Shown here: in pieces, positions 52,191 through 64,000 of the stretch
Position numbering within the stretch: the first letter of the stretch is position 1
Layout: each line of letters starts with the position of its first letter
NCBI GenBank assembly: GCA_964036045.1
Contig: OZ038378.1
Coordinates: 98,952,001 to 99,016,000, forward strand
Direction of reading: 5' to 3'
DNA: 64,000 nucleotides
From: Eutreptiella sp. 'Long Island Sound 2002'
Lineage: Eukaryota > Protista > Euglenida
Notes under the pieces: model-generated
Databases searched by the model: none
What the model saw: the letters and a program-made list of their open reading frames with translations, nothing else
Told to the model about the DNA's origin: nothing
Made by a program: the position numbers and the translations under genes

Positions 52191-54129
52191 TGAACAAACC
52201 CAACCAGTGCCACCCATCAGGCCCCAAGCCAGGGGTAGCAACAGCAACAGCACACACTGGCACGCCCACCGCATCCACATCAACCGGAGCATCGTCAACA
52301 TCACCCAGGGGTCCCCACCACCCAAGCAGCACAAAAAACCGCAGCAACACCACCACATCCACCACCTCCACCACCAGCGACACCAGCGGCACCCTCTGCC
52401 AGGAATGGCGAGGAGAAAACCCAACATTGCGGAGCCACCCAGCGTCCCCGGCACCCTCACCATCGGAGCGCACCACCGGCACCAACCCTCAACGCACCAC
52501 CGTCACCGTCACCAACGCCACCGACCCCTGACACAACAACCACACAGCCCGCGTCAGCGGCACCAGCAGAACAGTCACCGACACCACTTGCACCAACCTC
52601 ACTAGCAACAAGACCTGGTTAACCACCTACGACCACGAACCGCAGGCACTAACAACCAGAGCATCGCCGACAACACTCCTGGCCAACACCCGCACCGCCC
52701 TCAAGAACACCACCGAAAGCAGCACCGTCGACCGATAGCCACAACACCCTCACAAACCACCTGGATACGGGTCCCCCTTCCCACCCCCCCCCCCCACGAA
52801 CAACAACGGCATCGCCCACAGCCCCCACCATCTGCACAAGCAGCGACACCATCACCAGCACCAACCGGAACATCGACGACGGCAGCCTCACCAACAACCA
52901 GCACCCCCACTACCACTGCCACCAGCGCCACCACCACCAGTCACGCCACCGTCCGTCGGCGCCACCCACCAACGCCGCACCCTAAACCACACCTACACCC
53001 AAGACCTGCAGCAACACCAGCGGACACCCCATTAGCGACATCACCCTCCACCAGAAGACGATGATCAGCACCAGCAGGAAAGCCAGCCCTTAGCGCCCAA
53101 AACAGCCTAAAGACCTCCCACAGCCGGACCCACACGCACCAGCAGCGCCTACGCCGACCCACCATCAGTGTCACCGACACCTGGAAAGACACAAACCTCG
53201 ATGAACTAACGACCACAACACTGCCGCCACTGCACCCACACCATCAGCATCACTGCCAGAACAGCCATGGCACCACCTGCACTCACCAGCGCCACCACCA
53301 CCCCGCGCGAGGCCAGGAACCCCTGGCATCGCGAACGGCCTCAACAAACATCGACACCACCAACACCACCACCGCCGGACGGGGACTACCCACAAACCAA
53401 GAACAGCTCCACCACCAACAACCAATACACCACCAGCGGCACCCCACCGTCGCCAATACCACCCTCACCACCACGGCACCTATCACACCTCCACCACCGG
53501 CGGTGACGTGGGCCACACCACCCGTCATCTACAGCACCCTTGCCACCATCGCCACGTCCGGCCCACAAGCGTTACGCAGCAACGGCCAGAGACAACACCC
53601 TCACCATCGACACCACCGGCAACGTCACATGCGCTGCATACGTCACCCTCGCCATGCTCACCAACCATCACCCTCACCATCAGTGTCCACAACATCAGAG
53701 GCACCAACACCACCAGCGACGACGACAGCGACAACAGCTGACCCACCAACTAACCACCATCAACTAGCCCAGCACCCACCTCATCTACGCTAACGCCCAT
53801 ACCACCCTCGCCAACGCCAGCGCCAGCGGCACAATCATCCACTCTGGGACCCAAACCACCCTCACCACCAACATCACCACCACCCCCCTAGGGTCAGGGC
53901 TCGCGGGGAACGGAACGGCAGAGCGAGCACGCCACCACCCGCACGCGTCGCCCACCCTATCGTACACCGCTCCGCAACACGCCCCCCTGCTTCCCCTGAC
54001 AGGACGTGCGCTGCAGCCCACTGCTGGGACGACGACTATGACGTCCTTCCGGCCATCCGACACCTACTGGCAGCCACGGCCCCGCGCCCACAAGCCCACC
54101 AGCAACCCACGGAACCGCAGGAGCCCGAC

Positions 54130-55810
54130 CACCCCATGCCACCACGCTCCATATTCCCCGCCCTATCCATCCAGCAAGCCCAGACCTAGACCCCACACCG
54201 CAACACCCAACGAGGCTACACCATTTCGTGGGCATACCAAGACCACGGCATCCTCACCCCCCAACCATGGCCCCCCCCATCCAGACACCAACACAACCGC
54301 CCTCCTCCAAGTCGCTCCAACGGCAGCCACACAGGTAGGGGCCCCGGAAACCTGGGGCCCACAATACCTGGTCAAAACCAAAGTGGAGCCCCACACGAAG
54401 GCCCAAGAAAAGCCCCCAACACCGAAGGCGCTCCACCCCCCACTCAAGCTGGACGCGACTGAACACACCCCCCAGGTCGAATGGGCGACCCACTACATCA
54501 TCCCCCACACCACCGACCGCAAGAACGACGCAGCCAAGATCACTGTCACCCGCCACCTCCCCCACACCACACGGGTGTATGAGCTGATGGTCCCCAACGT
54601 CCTCGTCACCCGTCGCAGACACGAGGAGCCATACACCATACAGGCGGAAGGGGCCGCAGCGGCCACCCTGTACACATGGGCAACACGGGGGGACCTCCCA
54701 CACCCCATCCTCCACCACGCCCCCTCCTGGCCCACCCCCTTCCACACAGCGGACCGCCCCAACAAGAAGCCCAAACACACAGGTATGCACACCCCGCGCC
54801 CAGGAGGGCCAGCACCGACACGATGCGAGGCGCAAGGCCCGCACCCTCCACGAGGACCACATCATCCCCCGCATCAGCGCCCCCCCTGCCAGAGTGTCAG
54901 ATGCCACCCACAACCGCACGATCACAGGCATCATCACGGACTGCCTGAGCCCAGCGGCGTCGCGGGCAGATGCCGTGTGGATCAGCGAAGGGCGCTCCCA
55001 CACACGGGCGGTGGCGCGCCTCCACAACATCCAGGCCCACAAACTCCAGCGCGCCGTCGCACCCTTCGCCGTACACGTCACCCCGTAGGGCATCGACCAC
55101 CCCCGGTGTGAGCACCTTGACCCGCCCTGATCCACCCCATGCACCTCGCCACTGCGCCAACCGCTGCCGGCCCCCACCATCATGGGCAACATGTACCTGG
55201 GCACCGTACCGGGAGACCCGAGCATATACATCCTGCCCAACAGGTCCAGGGAACACGCCATGCCCCTCCACGGAGTAGAATCCCTCGCCCTGGGACCGCA
55301 CCCACCAAAACACCAACAGCAGCACATCCCGGGGTACAAACGGACGCAGGCGCCAGACGGGGGAGAAGAGGCCCACAAACGCGCCCTAGCCCACATCACC
55401 GTCAACCCCGCAGCCCACTGCTGGGTCCTCCACTTGGCACACGGAGTCCTGATGGCAGCCCAGGCCTCTACCCCGGAAAGAGACCCGGAAGACCCCCCAC
55501 GGGGCCGCCAGCAACTCTTCCAGGCCACCACCCTCACAGGCCGCGAAGGCGCCCCGTGGGAAGCCCTCCACACAGCACTCTACTGGGCTCAAGGCTCCCC
55601 AAATGGCCTGGACACACCGGAACCCACAGAGGCCTGGGTCATGCAGGCCAAGGCGATGAGGAACTACCACCTTCACCACCCCTTTGACGACAGCCCGGCC
55701 GCACTGCCATGGCCATCCAATCCCCCAGAGACCGTGCGCAAGCTCGCCGACCTCATGTGCAGCCACGCGAAAGCGAAAACATGCAAACGCCGGCAGAACA
55801 CCCACTAAGA
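54130..55810 (+). pseudogene. Conserved unassigned coding block of LINE-A (copy 2)
   Basis: Homologous to 5450-7290; includes the 208-codon ORF 55182-55808. Confidence 0.6.
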
Positions 55811-56104
55811 TATCCGGGCCAGCAAGCAACGCACCCCTTCTTCAAACCCCACGCCCCCCCAGCCCCGCTACCTCCAGTCCCGCCCAAGCGAGCGAGACGA
55901 AAAAGGGGCGCACCCGCCCCCAACCAAGCCAGAAAAGCAGCGACCTCCCGACCCCCCGCACCCCACCCGACCCACCCAGGCAAACCCGGACCAAGCATCC
56001 TCGTCATCCTCCCTCCCATCATTACCACCGCCCCAGCCGGACCAGGCATCCTCCTCATCCTCCCTCTCGCCACCAGCACCGCCCCCGCCCGAGGCGTACG
56101 CAGG

Positions 56105-56250
56105 ATTTGAAAAGGGCGCGAAGGTCCAGCTGCCCTTCTGCAACGACCACACGGGCGACTGGATCTGGTGTGAGGGCACAATCCAGTACCGCCTCCGCCA
56201 CCTGGGGGACAACGGGGGGCCACAGATCCGGGTGGTCACTGCCAAAAGGA
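56105..56250 (+). pseudogene. Tudor/Agenet-like domain upstream of APE (copy 2)
   Basis: FEKGAKVQLPF...GDWIWCEGTIQY...QIRVV. Confidence 0.5.
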
Positions 56251-56499
56251 GCTACACCAAGGCAGTAGCGCCCCGGACAAGCCAGAAGGCCACACCCTGT
56301 AGTTCACCAGCGCCCACCCCATCCGGCTCCGCACTGACGAGAGCAAGGCCAACAGAGGCACCAAATACACTGGGAAGCTCCCCCCGGAGTGGACCCAAGG
56401 CCTCCCCACGCCGCGCCTAGCCAAGCGCCCACCAACCGGCAAAAGGTCCCCGACCCCCGGTACCCCTCCCTGACGGGGCAAGGGCCGAGGGCACAAGCC

Positions 56500-57250
56500 T
56501 CCACAGCCCCGGCCCACCCCCACCGAGGCCACCGTCAACCTCCCCGACCTCAACCACCCGGCCGTCACATACTCCAAGGATGCCACAACCGCCCTCCAGG
56601 AGCTCCCGATGGCACAGGGGCCGGGGTGGGTTCCCCACCTCCTCGCCTTCCAGGAACAAGGCCAATAATGCGACGACCTCCCAGAAACCACCCCCATATA
56701 TACCCCGGACCGGAAAGCGTACAAATGCTACTGGCACAAGGGGACCCCCCTGTACACCCGAACCGGCATCCACGTCCACCTCGGCCACTACCTTAGCATC
56801 CCAAGGAGGCTAGGTGTCTATGAGGTTGTCGGGGACGGATGGCAACTCAACGTCATCAACGTCAAAGTCCCCTTCGGCGACGTCACAGAACCCTTCCTCC
56901 AAGCCCTAGCCGAGGCATACCGCCAGATGGCCATGCTCGCCCCCACAATCATCATGGGCGACATGAATGCCGCCCCCACCCCGGCAGACTGAGGGGGACA
57001 GGCCACAGCCCAGAACCATGCAGTCCGCGACACCATCGAAATGCTGGGGCTCGTGGAATTGACAGCCAACCTCGAAGGCCAACCATCCCACTTCCCCAAC
57101 CAAACACATGCCGCCCCATCCCGCATCGACGTATGCTATGGCGACCCCACCACCATCATCCGGGCGGAGGCCAGATATGGAACCCTCCCGCTGGGACCCA
57201 CAGGCCATAGCCCCCTGCACATCCGCCTCACCATCCCCAACCTTTCCCCA
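56500..57250 (+). pseudogene. LINE-A AP endonuclease (copy 2)
   Basis: LNVINVKVP, IIMGDMNAA (~56950), SRIDVCY, TGHSPL; TGA at ~56990 where the other copies have CGC (Arg). Confidence 0.9.
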
Positions 57251-57849
57251 AGCCCCCAAGAGGATGCAGACCAAGGCCTACCACCCCCCCTGAAGATGCC
57301 CCCACTGCATGACAAACAGGTCTGGTCCCTATATCACAGGGCCAAAGACCGCGCCCTATTCCCAGCCATGCGCACAGCCGGCGTCGCCTGCGGCTTCCAG
57401 CAACACCCCCACACTGACGACGACCAACCACCCACGGCCCTAGGGGACATGCTCCATGACCTCTGGCATGCGAAGCAACAACTGGCGAACCTCCTCCACA
57501 CCGACACCCCCCAAACCCGCCGCCAGATACACCACTGCAGGACGCGGATAGCCCACATCAGGGCAGACCTGCAGCGGTGGCACATCCACAGGCAACAGCG
57601 CCTCGCCCAGGAACACGGGCGGTATGCGCAACATGAACTCCCCTACAAGGCCATCTGCCACCTCAACGACGCCATGACCGACACCGGCCACCGCACCATC
57701 ACCACAGTCCGGCAGGAGGACGACTTCCTCACCAACGACCCAGCCACAGTGCACCAAGCCACCCAAGACAGCTTCCTCCGGCAACACACGCCCACCCAAG
57801 ACACACTGGACGCGGACACCCAGGCAAAAATTAACCGCCTGACTCGGGT

Positions 57850-59000
57850 CTTCAACCACGCCCGGAGGAGGCAACTGGAAAAGCGCCCCTTCACCATCCA
57901 CGAAGTCTGGAAGGGCATCCACAGTCTCTGGCAACACAAAACCCCAGGCTACGACGGCCTCCCTGCAGAGGCATACTACCACCTCCCCGCACACCTTCTC
58001 TGCATCCTCGTTCACCGCCTCTGGGACATCATCACGGAGCAGACCCCCCTGCCGACAGACTGGGCAAACGCTGTCCGCCCCCTCTACAAAAAAGGGGACT
58101 GGGCAAACCCGGACAACTGGCACCCCATAGTCTGTGCAGTCACGGAGGTCAAAATAGACTGGACCATCCTCCTACGCCGCATCCGCCCCCACCTGGACCC
58201 CCACATACCAGCCAGCCTCTGGGGGGCCATCCCAGGCCGGACCCCACACGAGGCCATCTTCCCCCAGGACGACATCGCCGACATGGACCCGGTAGACCTC
58301 ATCATCGCCTCCCTCGACGTCAAAGGAGCCTTCCCGAACACCCCCTGGCTCTTTCTAGAAGCGGTGTGCACACGCCTAGGCCTCCCCTTCTACAACTTCG
58401 CCTCCGGCTACATCCGCAGCCGCAAATACACGGTCCGCACCGGAGCAGGCCTCACCCCCTTCCTGGAGCCAGGCAGCGGGGTTCCCGAAGGAGGAGCAGA
58501 AGGCCTCTCGTGACGCTCCCCCTGGCCCTCGCAATCGAGCAAGATTACCCGGCCTACGCACCCTACCCCCTCCTCTCCCTCCTGGTGGGCTTTGCGGACG
58601 ACACCAACCTCACGGTCGCACACACCCCACACGGACCCCATTCCCCGGACCCCGGGCCAACTGTCACCCAACAGGCCAATGACTTACTGGACGTGACTGT
58701 CTCCTACCTCTGCCAGAACAACCTCATCGTCCACCCCACAAAGTCAGTGGCCATGATCAAGGAGTCTGCCACACCCCCCACCCTAGGGCCAAAAGGGCCC
58801 CCCATGCAAGTCGTGACAACCACCACCCACCTGGGGGTAATCCAGGCCGCCAACCCTGAGGACGCCACCCTCCCTCCCAAGTTGCAATCACAGCTCGCCC
58901 ATCTCCCCAGATATGCTTCCCCGACCACCAAGGCCCTCTCCCTGTCCCACCACAGCCTGGCGTACTACCTCACCGGGGTCTTGAACGCCTCCATAGGCTT
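57850..59000 (+). pseudogene. LINE-A reverse transcriptase (copy 2)
   Basis: KTPGYDG (57938), PLYKKGDW, SLDVKGAF (~58310), GVPEGG (~58480), FADD (58591); small deletion/frameshift ~58510. Confidence 0.95.
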
Positions 59001-59929
59001 CAAAGCACTCCACCTGACACACCCCACAACCGCCCTCCAGCCGGCCACAGGCGCCGTGACCAAGGCATGGGCAGCACACGGGGGCTGGCCCACCTCCATA
59101 CCCACCCGCGCCATCCGAGCGGCATGGCCCCATTATGGGGACGCCATAGGGGACGAGGTGAAAGCGGCCTACACCAGACACATCGCCCTCATCCTTCACC
59201 GCATGACCCACAACCACTCACCAGTGGTCCGCAAGGTCACCAAAGTCCGCCTCCAAGCCGCACAACGGGCCCGCAACACATGCCCGCGCTGGGTACTCCA
59301 CCAGACGAGCATGTTCACCGACATGAACACGCGCCTGTGGAACCACCTGCAGCTTCTCCTCCCATCCCCACACCACACCATACTCACCAACCACACGTGC
59401 CCAGAGGAAGGGCCTCTAGCGGTCCTCTGCGGGGACCTCCACCATCACCCCAAGGGCACCATCCACACCATAGACCTTGTCGGGGCCTCCATCACCGTAG
59501 TATAGGTCACCCTCCCCCAAATGGGGGTCCTGCACCACCGCGGGGCACACCACAATGCCCTTTCTACAGCTTCCTGAATGGCCTCAGTACCGCCTCTTCC
59601 ACCAGTACCTCACGCAGACGGCACGAGCAGCGGGACACACTCTGCCGGGAAGCAAAGACATGCGCACAGCCTACCAAGATTTCAAAAAGCAACACCCCGG
59701 ACCCATCCCAGTGACACCGCCCTACGCACCCACCGGCTCGAGACACGAACCCGTCCCCCCGGTGACGGGCCCAGTCCCACTACTAACCCTACTACTGGCC
59801 CCGAATGAAGCCAAACCCACGCAGACCACCGTCATCCACCACGGGGCAAAATGGCGCATACCGAAGCACCACATGACCGCCCCAGACCTACCACGGGTCC
59901 CCCATGACTCGCAGAGAGTGCCACGCGCA

Positions 59930-59995
59930 TGTTGGTCCTGTGAGCCCGAGGCACCAACCACACCATGGCCCGTACTACACCTCATAGCACGCCAC
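59930..59995 (+). other. C2H2-like zinc finger between RT and RNase H
   Basis: CWSC-x12-H-x4-H read directly from 59930-59995. Confidence 0.6.
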
Positions 59996-60523
59996 CACAC
60001 CCACCTCACAACCCACCTACCATCACAGGCCTAAGCATGGGTATCCCCATGCCTCCACCGCATCGACACCAGCCCCACGGTAGCGTGGAACCCCGACCAT
60101 GCGCCCAAATGGCTCTCCACCACTACACCCACCTGGCCCCGCCCCGACCCGGCAGGGCTCGCCATCCGTTAGAGCATGTACGAACCAGGCAGAACGGGCA
60201 AGCACGAGCACCCCTACTATCCCCTCCACCACTCCTGCCACACACCGGTGCACCGAACACAAACTCTCACATGCCACGACCTAAACCCAGACACAGCCTA
60301 CATCCTCCACTACATCTACTCCTATCTCACACAAGGACAGCCGGAACAGGGACTCATAGCCATGTCCCCCCAAGCGAAACACGTCATCTCCAAAGGAATA
60401 GGGGTGTATGCCAACCCCGTCCTGCAGCCCACAACCCCAGTAGCCCACCTCACCACGGGCTTCGCCATATACGCCTACCTGCCCATGAACGCATGCGGCC
60501 TCCCACAACCATCACCGGCGGAC

Positions 60524-60960
60524 GGGCTCTTCTTCACCGACGCCTCAGGCGAATCCGCCCTCACGCCGATCACCGGGGGGGCCACCCTGCAGCTAAGCCA
60601 CACCGGGGAAACTACTACATGGACCACCACACGGGCCACACCAACTACGGGGCCTCCTCCCACGGGGAGCTAGGGGCCATGGCCGACGCCATCGCCAAGA
60701 TGGCGGCCCACCTGACCGCCCACCCCCCGCACATCGTCCGGGTCTGGTTCGTGGTAGACGCCACTGTCAACACACACCTGATCCTCCGCATAGCAAGGCA
60801 ACCACTTCACAAAGCCACCTCGACGAGCCTCGGCACCCAGGCACTGCTGCTCTGGAAAGCCCTTCGCAGCCTTCCCCCCTACGTCCAACTCCACATCGTG
60901 AAACAAGAGTCCCACAGACACCAATACGGAAATGGTAAGGTCGACAACCAGGCAGTACAC
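60524..60960 (+). pseudogene. RNase H (type HI) domain of LINE-A
   Basis: FFTDASG (D 60539), SSHGELGAM, WFVVDA, IVKQESH...GNGKVDNQA: D-E-D-D arrangement. Confidence 0.85.
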
Positions 60961-62970
60961 CAGCGCACAACGCACCTACCAACCCTCCAGATCCCTGACC
61001 TCGGCCGAAAACACACACACCTCCAACACATACCCCCCATACCCGAGCCCCATCAGACCCCGGACTGGGTACCAGAGGATGCCCCCTATTCCTCCCACGA
61101 CAGAGCATACCACTACCCCAACCCCATTCAACATCTCGCCCGCGTGCTCGGCGACGCAGACAGCCGGGCGCACATCCAGGAGCTCCAGGACAGACTGCAA
61201 ATCCCCCTCTACCACTCAGCACTGCGCCCAGCAAACGTCCCAGCCCAGCTCAAAAAACGACGCATCCAGCTCCTCAGGGAGCAACTACCATTCCTCACCA
61301 GGGTCGCCAGATGGCTCGCCTGCAAGCACATCCACGTCCCCGAAGAACAAACCACCCCGGAGGACTGGGAACACTTCAAGAAATACCCCCTCCATACAGG
61401 CAGGGACACGCTAGTGGGCTGGTCCCCGGCGGAAACCCTACGACAACACAAAGGATGGCCAACCGACAGCCACGCATACCAGGCCACCGAACACCTCTTC
61501 CGGGATCCCGTGGTCAAAGAAGCCACGATGAGAGGGGCGACGACACAGGCCCTGCACCGACACCTCACCAGACACACGGAAAGCCTCATGGAGGCAGCAG
61601 CGCACCTCGAGCTAGAAGCAGTCCGCAGAGCAGCGGCCCAAATGGTACACCGCAAACACCTCCTGTTAACACATGCGGAGCAACACACTGACCCCACTGC
61701 CAGGGAACACATGCAGTGTCTCATCCATTACCATGCCGTGCATGACCCAGACGTCCGCTAACCCACTCTGCGCCCCGCACGCGCCCCCCATTTCCATCCG
61801 CAGGCCTCCAAGACATCACCACAGCGCGCCAAAGCCGGGCTCTCACCCAAGAAGCCACCCGGTACCGCCCAGCCCGGCCGAGCCCAACCAGGGCCAACCA
61901 TACGTCGACGTAGACGCGCAAGACCCCGGCAACCCATCCAGCCCACCCCCCCCAGACCCGGGGCACCCCCCCCTCACACCGGCCACCATCCACGACCCCA
62001 ACCTCCTCTGAGCAACCCTTCAAGGCAGGGCCCTGACCACCCCCCTGGGCTGGTACCGCCTACAAGAGGACTGGACCAAGCTCACCGTCAAAGTGTATAC
62101 CCCATGGGGTACTGGACTGATCTCTTTTACGGCGAGATATTTGCAAAGCACAACACCAACTCCGTTGATCACTCTTTGAAATTGTCGAAATCCTTCATGA
62201 TCAGTCCATACAGAGAACCCTGAATTACAAACAGAAATTTTAATATACAGCACTTTTCATCAGCGGAAAATCCTTTAGATCTGCACGCGCGCGACGCATC
62301 CTACGCTACAGGATCGCGATCTGGCTGCAGTCAGCCCCCTGCTGGGCATAACCCATCACACCCCCCGCCAAGCCCTTGCCGCAGCCACTAGGCCACCTGC
62401 AAGGGCTGACACACACCCAGGGGTATGCACAGCCATTACTTTACAGAGTAAATTGCTGAAATGGACTGAGATAATGTACAATATCCTACCCCCAAGACCT
62501 GAAGTCCTGAACTAAGGTCCCTCTACTGTTTTTTGGGTACCCTACACTGTCCTGAGTGGGGGGGCTTCACTGCCACTTAAATACCCAGCTGACTATGGGA
62601 AAAAAGTCCTGACAAAGCACTAAATGTTTTCAAACAGAAAATCACCTAAGTCAAATCCTGCTCTAAACTCCTGGTCTGAATACTCAGGGGGGCAGTTTTA
62701 CAAAAATGGAATGCAAAACAGTTTCACTGATTGTGTTCTACTTATTGCCCATGCCATCCGTCTGGTCCAAAGAAAATTCCTGCACCAAAAAAACCATGCT
62801 CAGAAGTTTGAAAAAAAAATTGACAAACAGGCACAAAAGCAGCAACAACAGGGCAAAGAAAAAAGACAGTGAGGAATGCACTGTGCTGCCCAACAGGGTA
62901 CAGAAACCCCTAATGCTAATATACAAAAAGCTTCTGCTGCGGCCTTGTAAAATATGTAAAATTACATTAC

Positions 62971-63174
62971 TTCTGAGCATTGTTGAAACCCCTTCATCGT
63001 CGGCGCTTCCATCACCTCGCACTGCAGTGGCAGAGGGAGGCAGAAGAAAAGGGAGCGCTGAGAGCGAAGGGAGGGGAGGGGCTGGCACAGAATGAGAAAA
63101 AAAAACAGACCTGGCTTTACTGGGCGTCAACGAAATGTTTTGTTCTCTGATTTCGACCTCTGACGTATCTCCAC
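62971..63174 (-). CDS. Two candidate short exons (63174-63121 and 63021-62971) of an unidentified minus-strand host gene
   Basis: Each follows a polypyrimidine tract plus CAG and precedes GTAAAG or GTAATG; both are phase 1-1; spliced frame GDTSEVEIREQNISLTPMRGDGSADDEGVSTMLR is open. Confidence 0.4.
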
Positions 63175-64000
63175 CTGACAAGACCACGAAACAGAAAGAT
63201 GAGGGAAGGTTGGAAATTCAGAGAGTTAGGGCAAACGAACTTGCATGCATACAATGCAACAAACACATGCGCAAGTGTGCACACGTGCATACATTAGTAT
63301 AATAATCCCTGACCGTCCCCAAAAAAGAATGCACGCAGCACTGTACACGGATCTGCAGCACATATAGTGCTGAGACCACTCCCCCCTCCCACTGTGGGGT
63401 GCTACCCGCAGGCAAAAACTGCACCCCAAAAAATTCTCGTGTGAAAAAAAAAACAAAGCAGAATTTTCACCTACACCCTGGCCTAGAGTGTAGGTGCCCA
63501 ATGAGGCACGCATGCCCTGAGTGGGGGGGCTGGAGTCACTGCAGGAGCAGTGGCTCTGCAGCGAAAGTCTGCAGTGGCAGAGTATATGAGTCCCAAACTG
63601 GGACAGTGGGTGGGGAGGGTACAAAAAAAAGTTTACCCATAGAATAGATATGGGAGCAGAGCACCGGCAGATGCACAGGCGTGCTCTAGCTCTCCAACAG
63701 GAGCAAAGAGTTAAAACCAACCAAGAGCCACACTGTGACCCTAAAAAAATTCAGAAGTCTTTTGAAAAATATTCCTCTTGTCAGCAAAACAAGCCAAAAT
63801 TGGGTTGACATCTCACGAGCAAAATGCTCAAAATCAGGCCAGCGTACAACTGGCCCTGAAGCCTCAGATTGAAAAAACTGAAGCAAGGCTGCACATCAGT
63901 GTGAGCCACTGATCCCAAAAACAGTGCTTTTTGAGCGCCGAAGGCGCTTGGTGTCAAACCCATTTTTCCCATCTAGCTCGAATGAGCCAGGATCTACCCA

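Larger units (their letters stand above)
43760..62180 (+). mobile_element. LINE-A copy 2: very long non-LTR element or tandem of fragments (Ulp1-like, minisatellite, Thr-rich, Tudor-like, APE-RT-C2H2-RNase H)
   Basis: Continuous C/A skew from ~43760 to ~62050, collinearity with 1-9990, complete pol domain set at the 3' end. The 5' limit and unity of the whole span are inferred. Confidence 0.6.

Noticed and set aside
1-62050. Hundreds of 60-600-codon ORFs (Pro/Thr/His-rich on plus, Gly/Val/Trp-rich on minus)
   Set aside because: Low T on the plus strand and low A on the minus strand deplete stop codons; overlapping ORFs in most frames are compositional artefacts.
62371-62407. 9-bp stem (AGCCCTTGC/GCAAGGGCT) reminiscent of an HDV-like/Pr77 ribozyme P1
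   Set aside because: No P2/P3/P1.1 pseudoknot partners or catalytic C context could be assembled, and it lies 3' rather than 5' of the element.
1-64000. tRNA, rRNA and spliced-leader (euglenid, kinetoplastid, dinoflagellate) sequences
   Set aside because: No recognisable matches seen by eye.

Overview
A eukaryotic (probably protist; host not identifiable from the sequence) window made almost entirely of nested, decayed retrotransposons. Most ORFs in the six-frame track are artefacts of extreme C/A strand skew. (1) Two copies of a very long C/A-rich non-LTR family ('LINE-A': 1-~9990, 3'-truncated; ~43760-~62180, with full APE-RT-C2H2-RNase H). Upstream of the APE it carries unusual candidate modules: an Ulp1/C48-like peptidase, an 83-bp minisatellite, a Thr-rich block and a Tudor-like domain. 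(2) An ~10.8-kb diverged tandem duplication (8318-18918 vs 19100-31080) with a templated junction, a shared 343-bp SINE-like insert (15-bp TSD, TCAAACC tail) and a copy-specific 1.4-kb insertion. (3) A degenerate Ty1/Copia element (gag-PR-IN-RT-RH, ~29460-35520). (4) A second non-LTR element ('LINE-B', ~35800-43010) in which an AlkB-family 2OG-Fe(II) dioxygenase lies in the same reading frame as the start of the AP endonuclease, separated by a single TGA. This is the most notable observation. (5) Candidate short GT-AG exons of a minus-strand host gene at the right edge. All domain calls come from motif recognition by eye; no database or HMM search was run.
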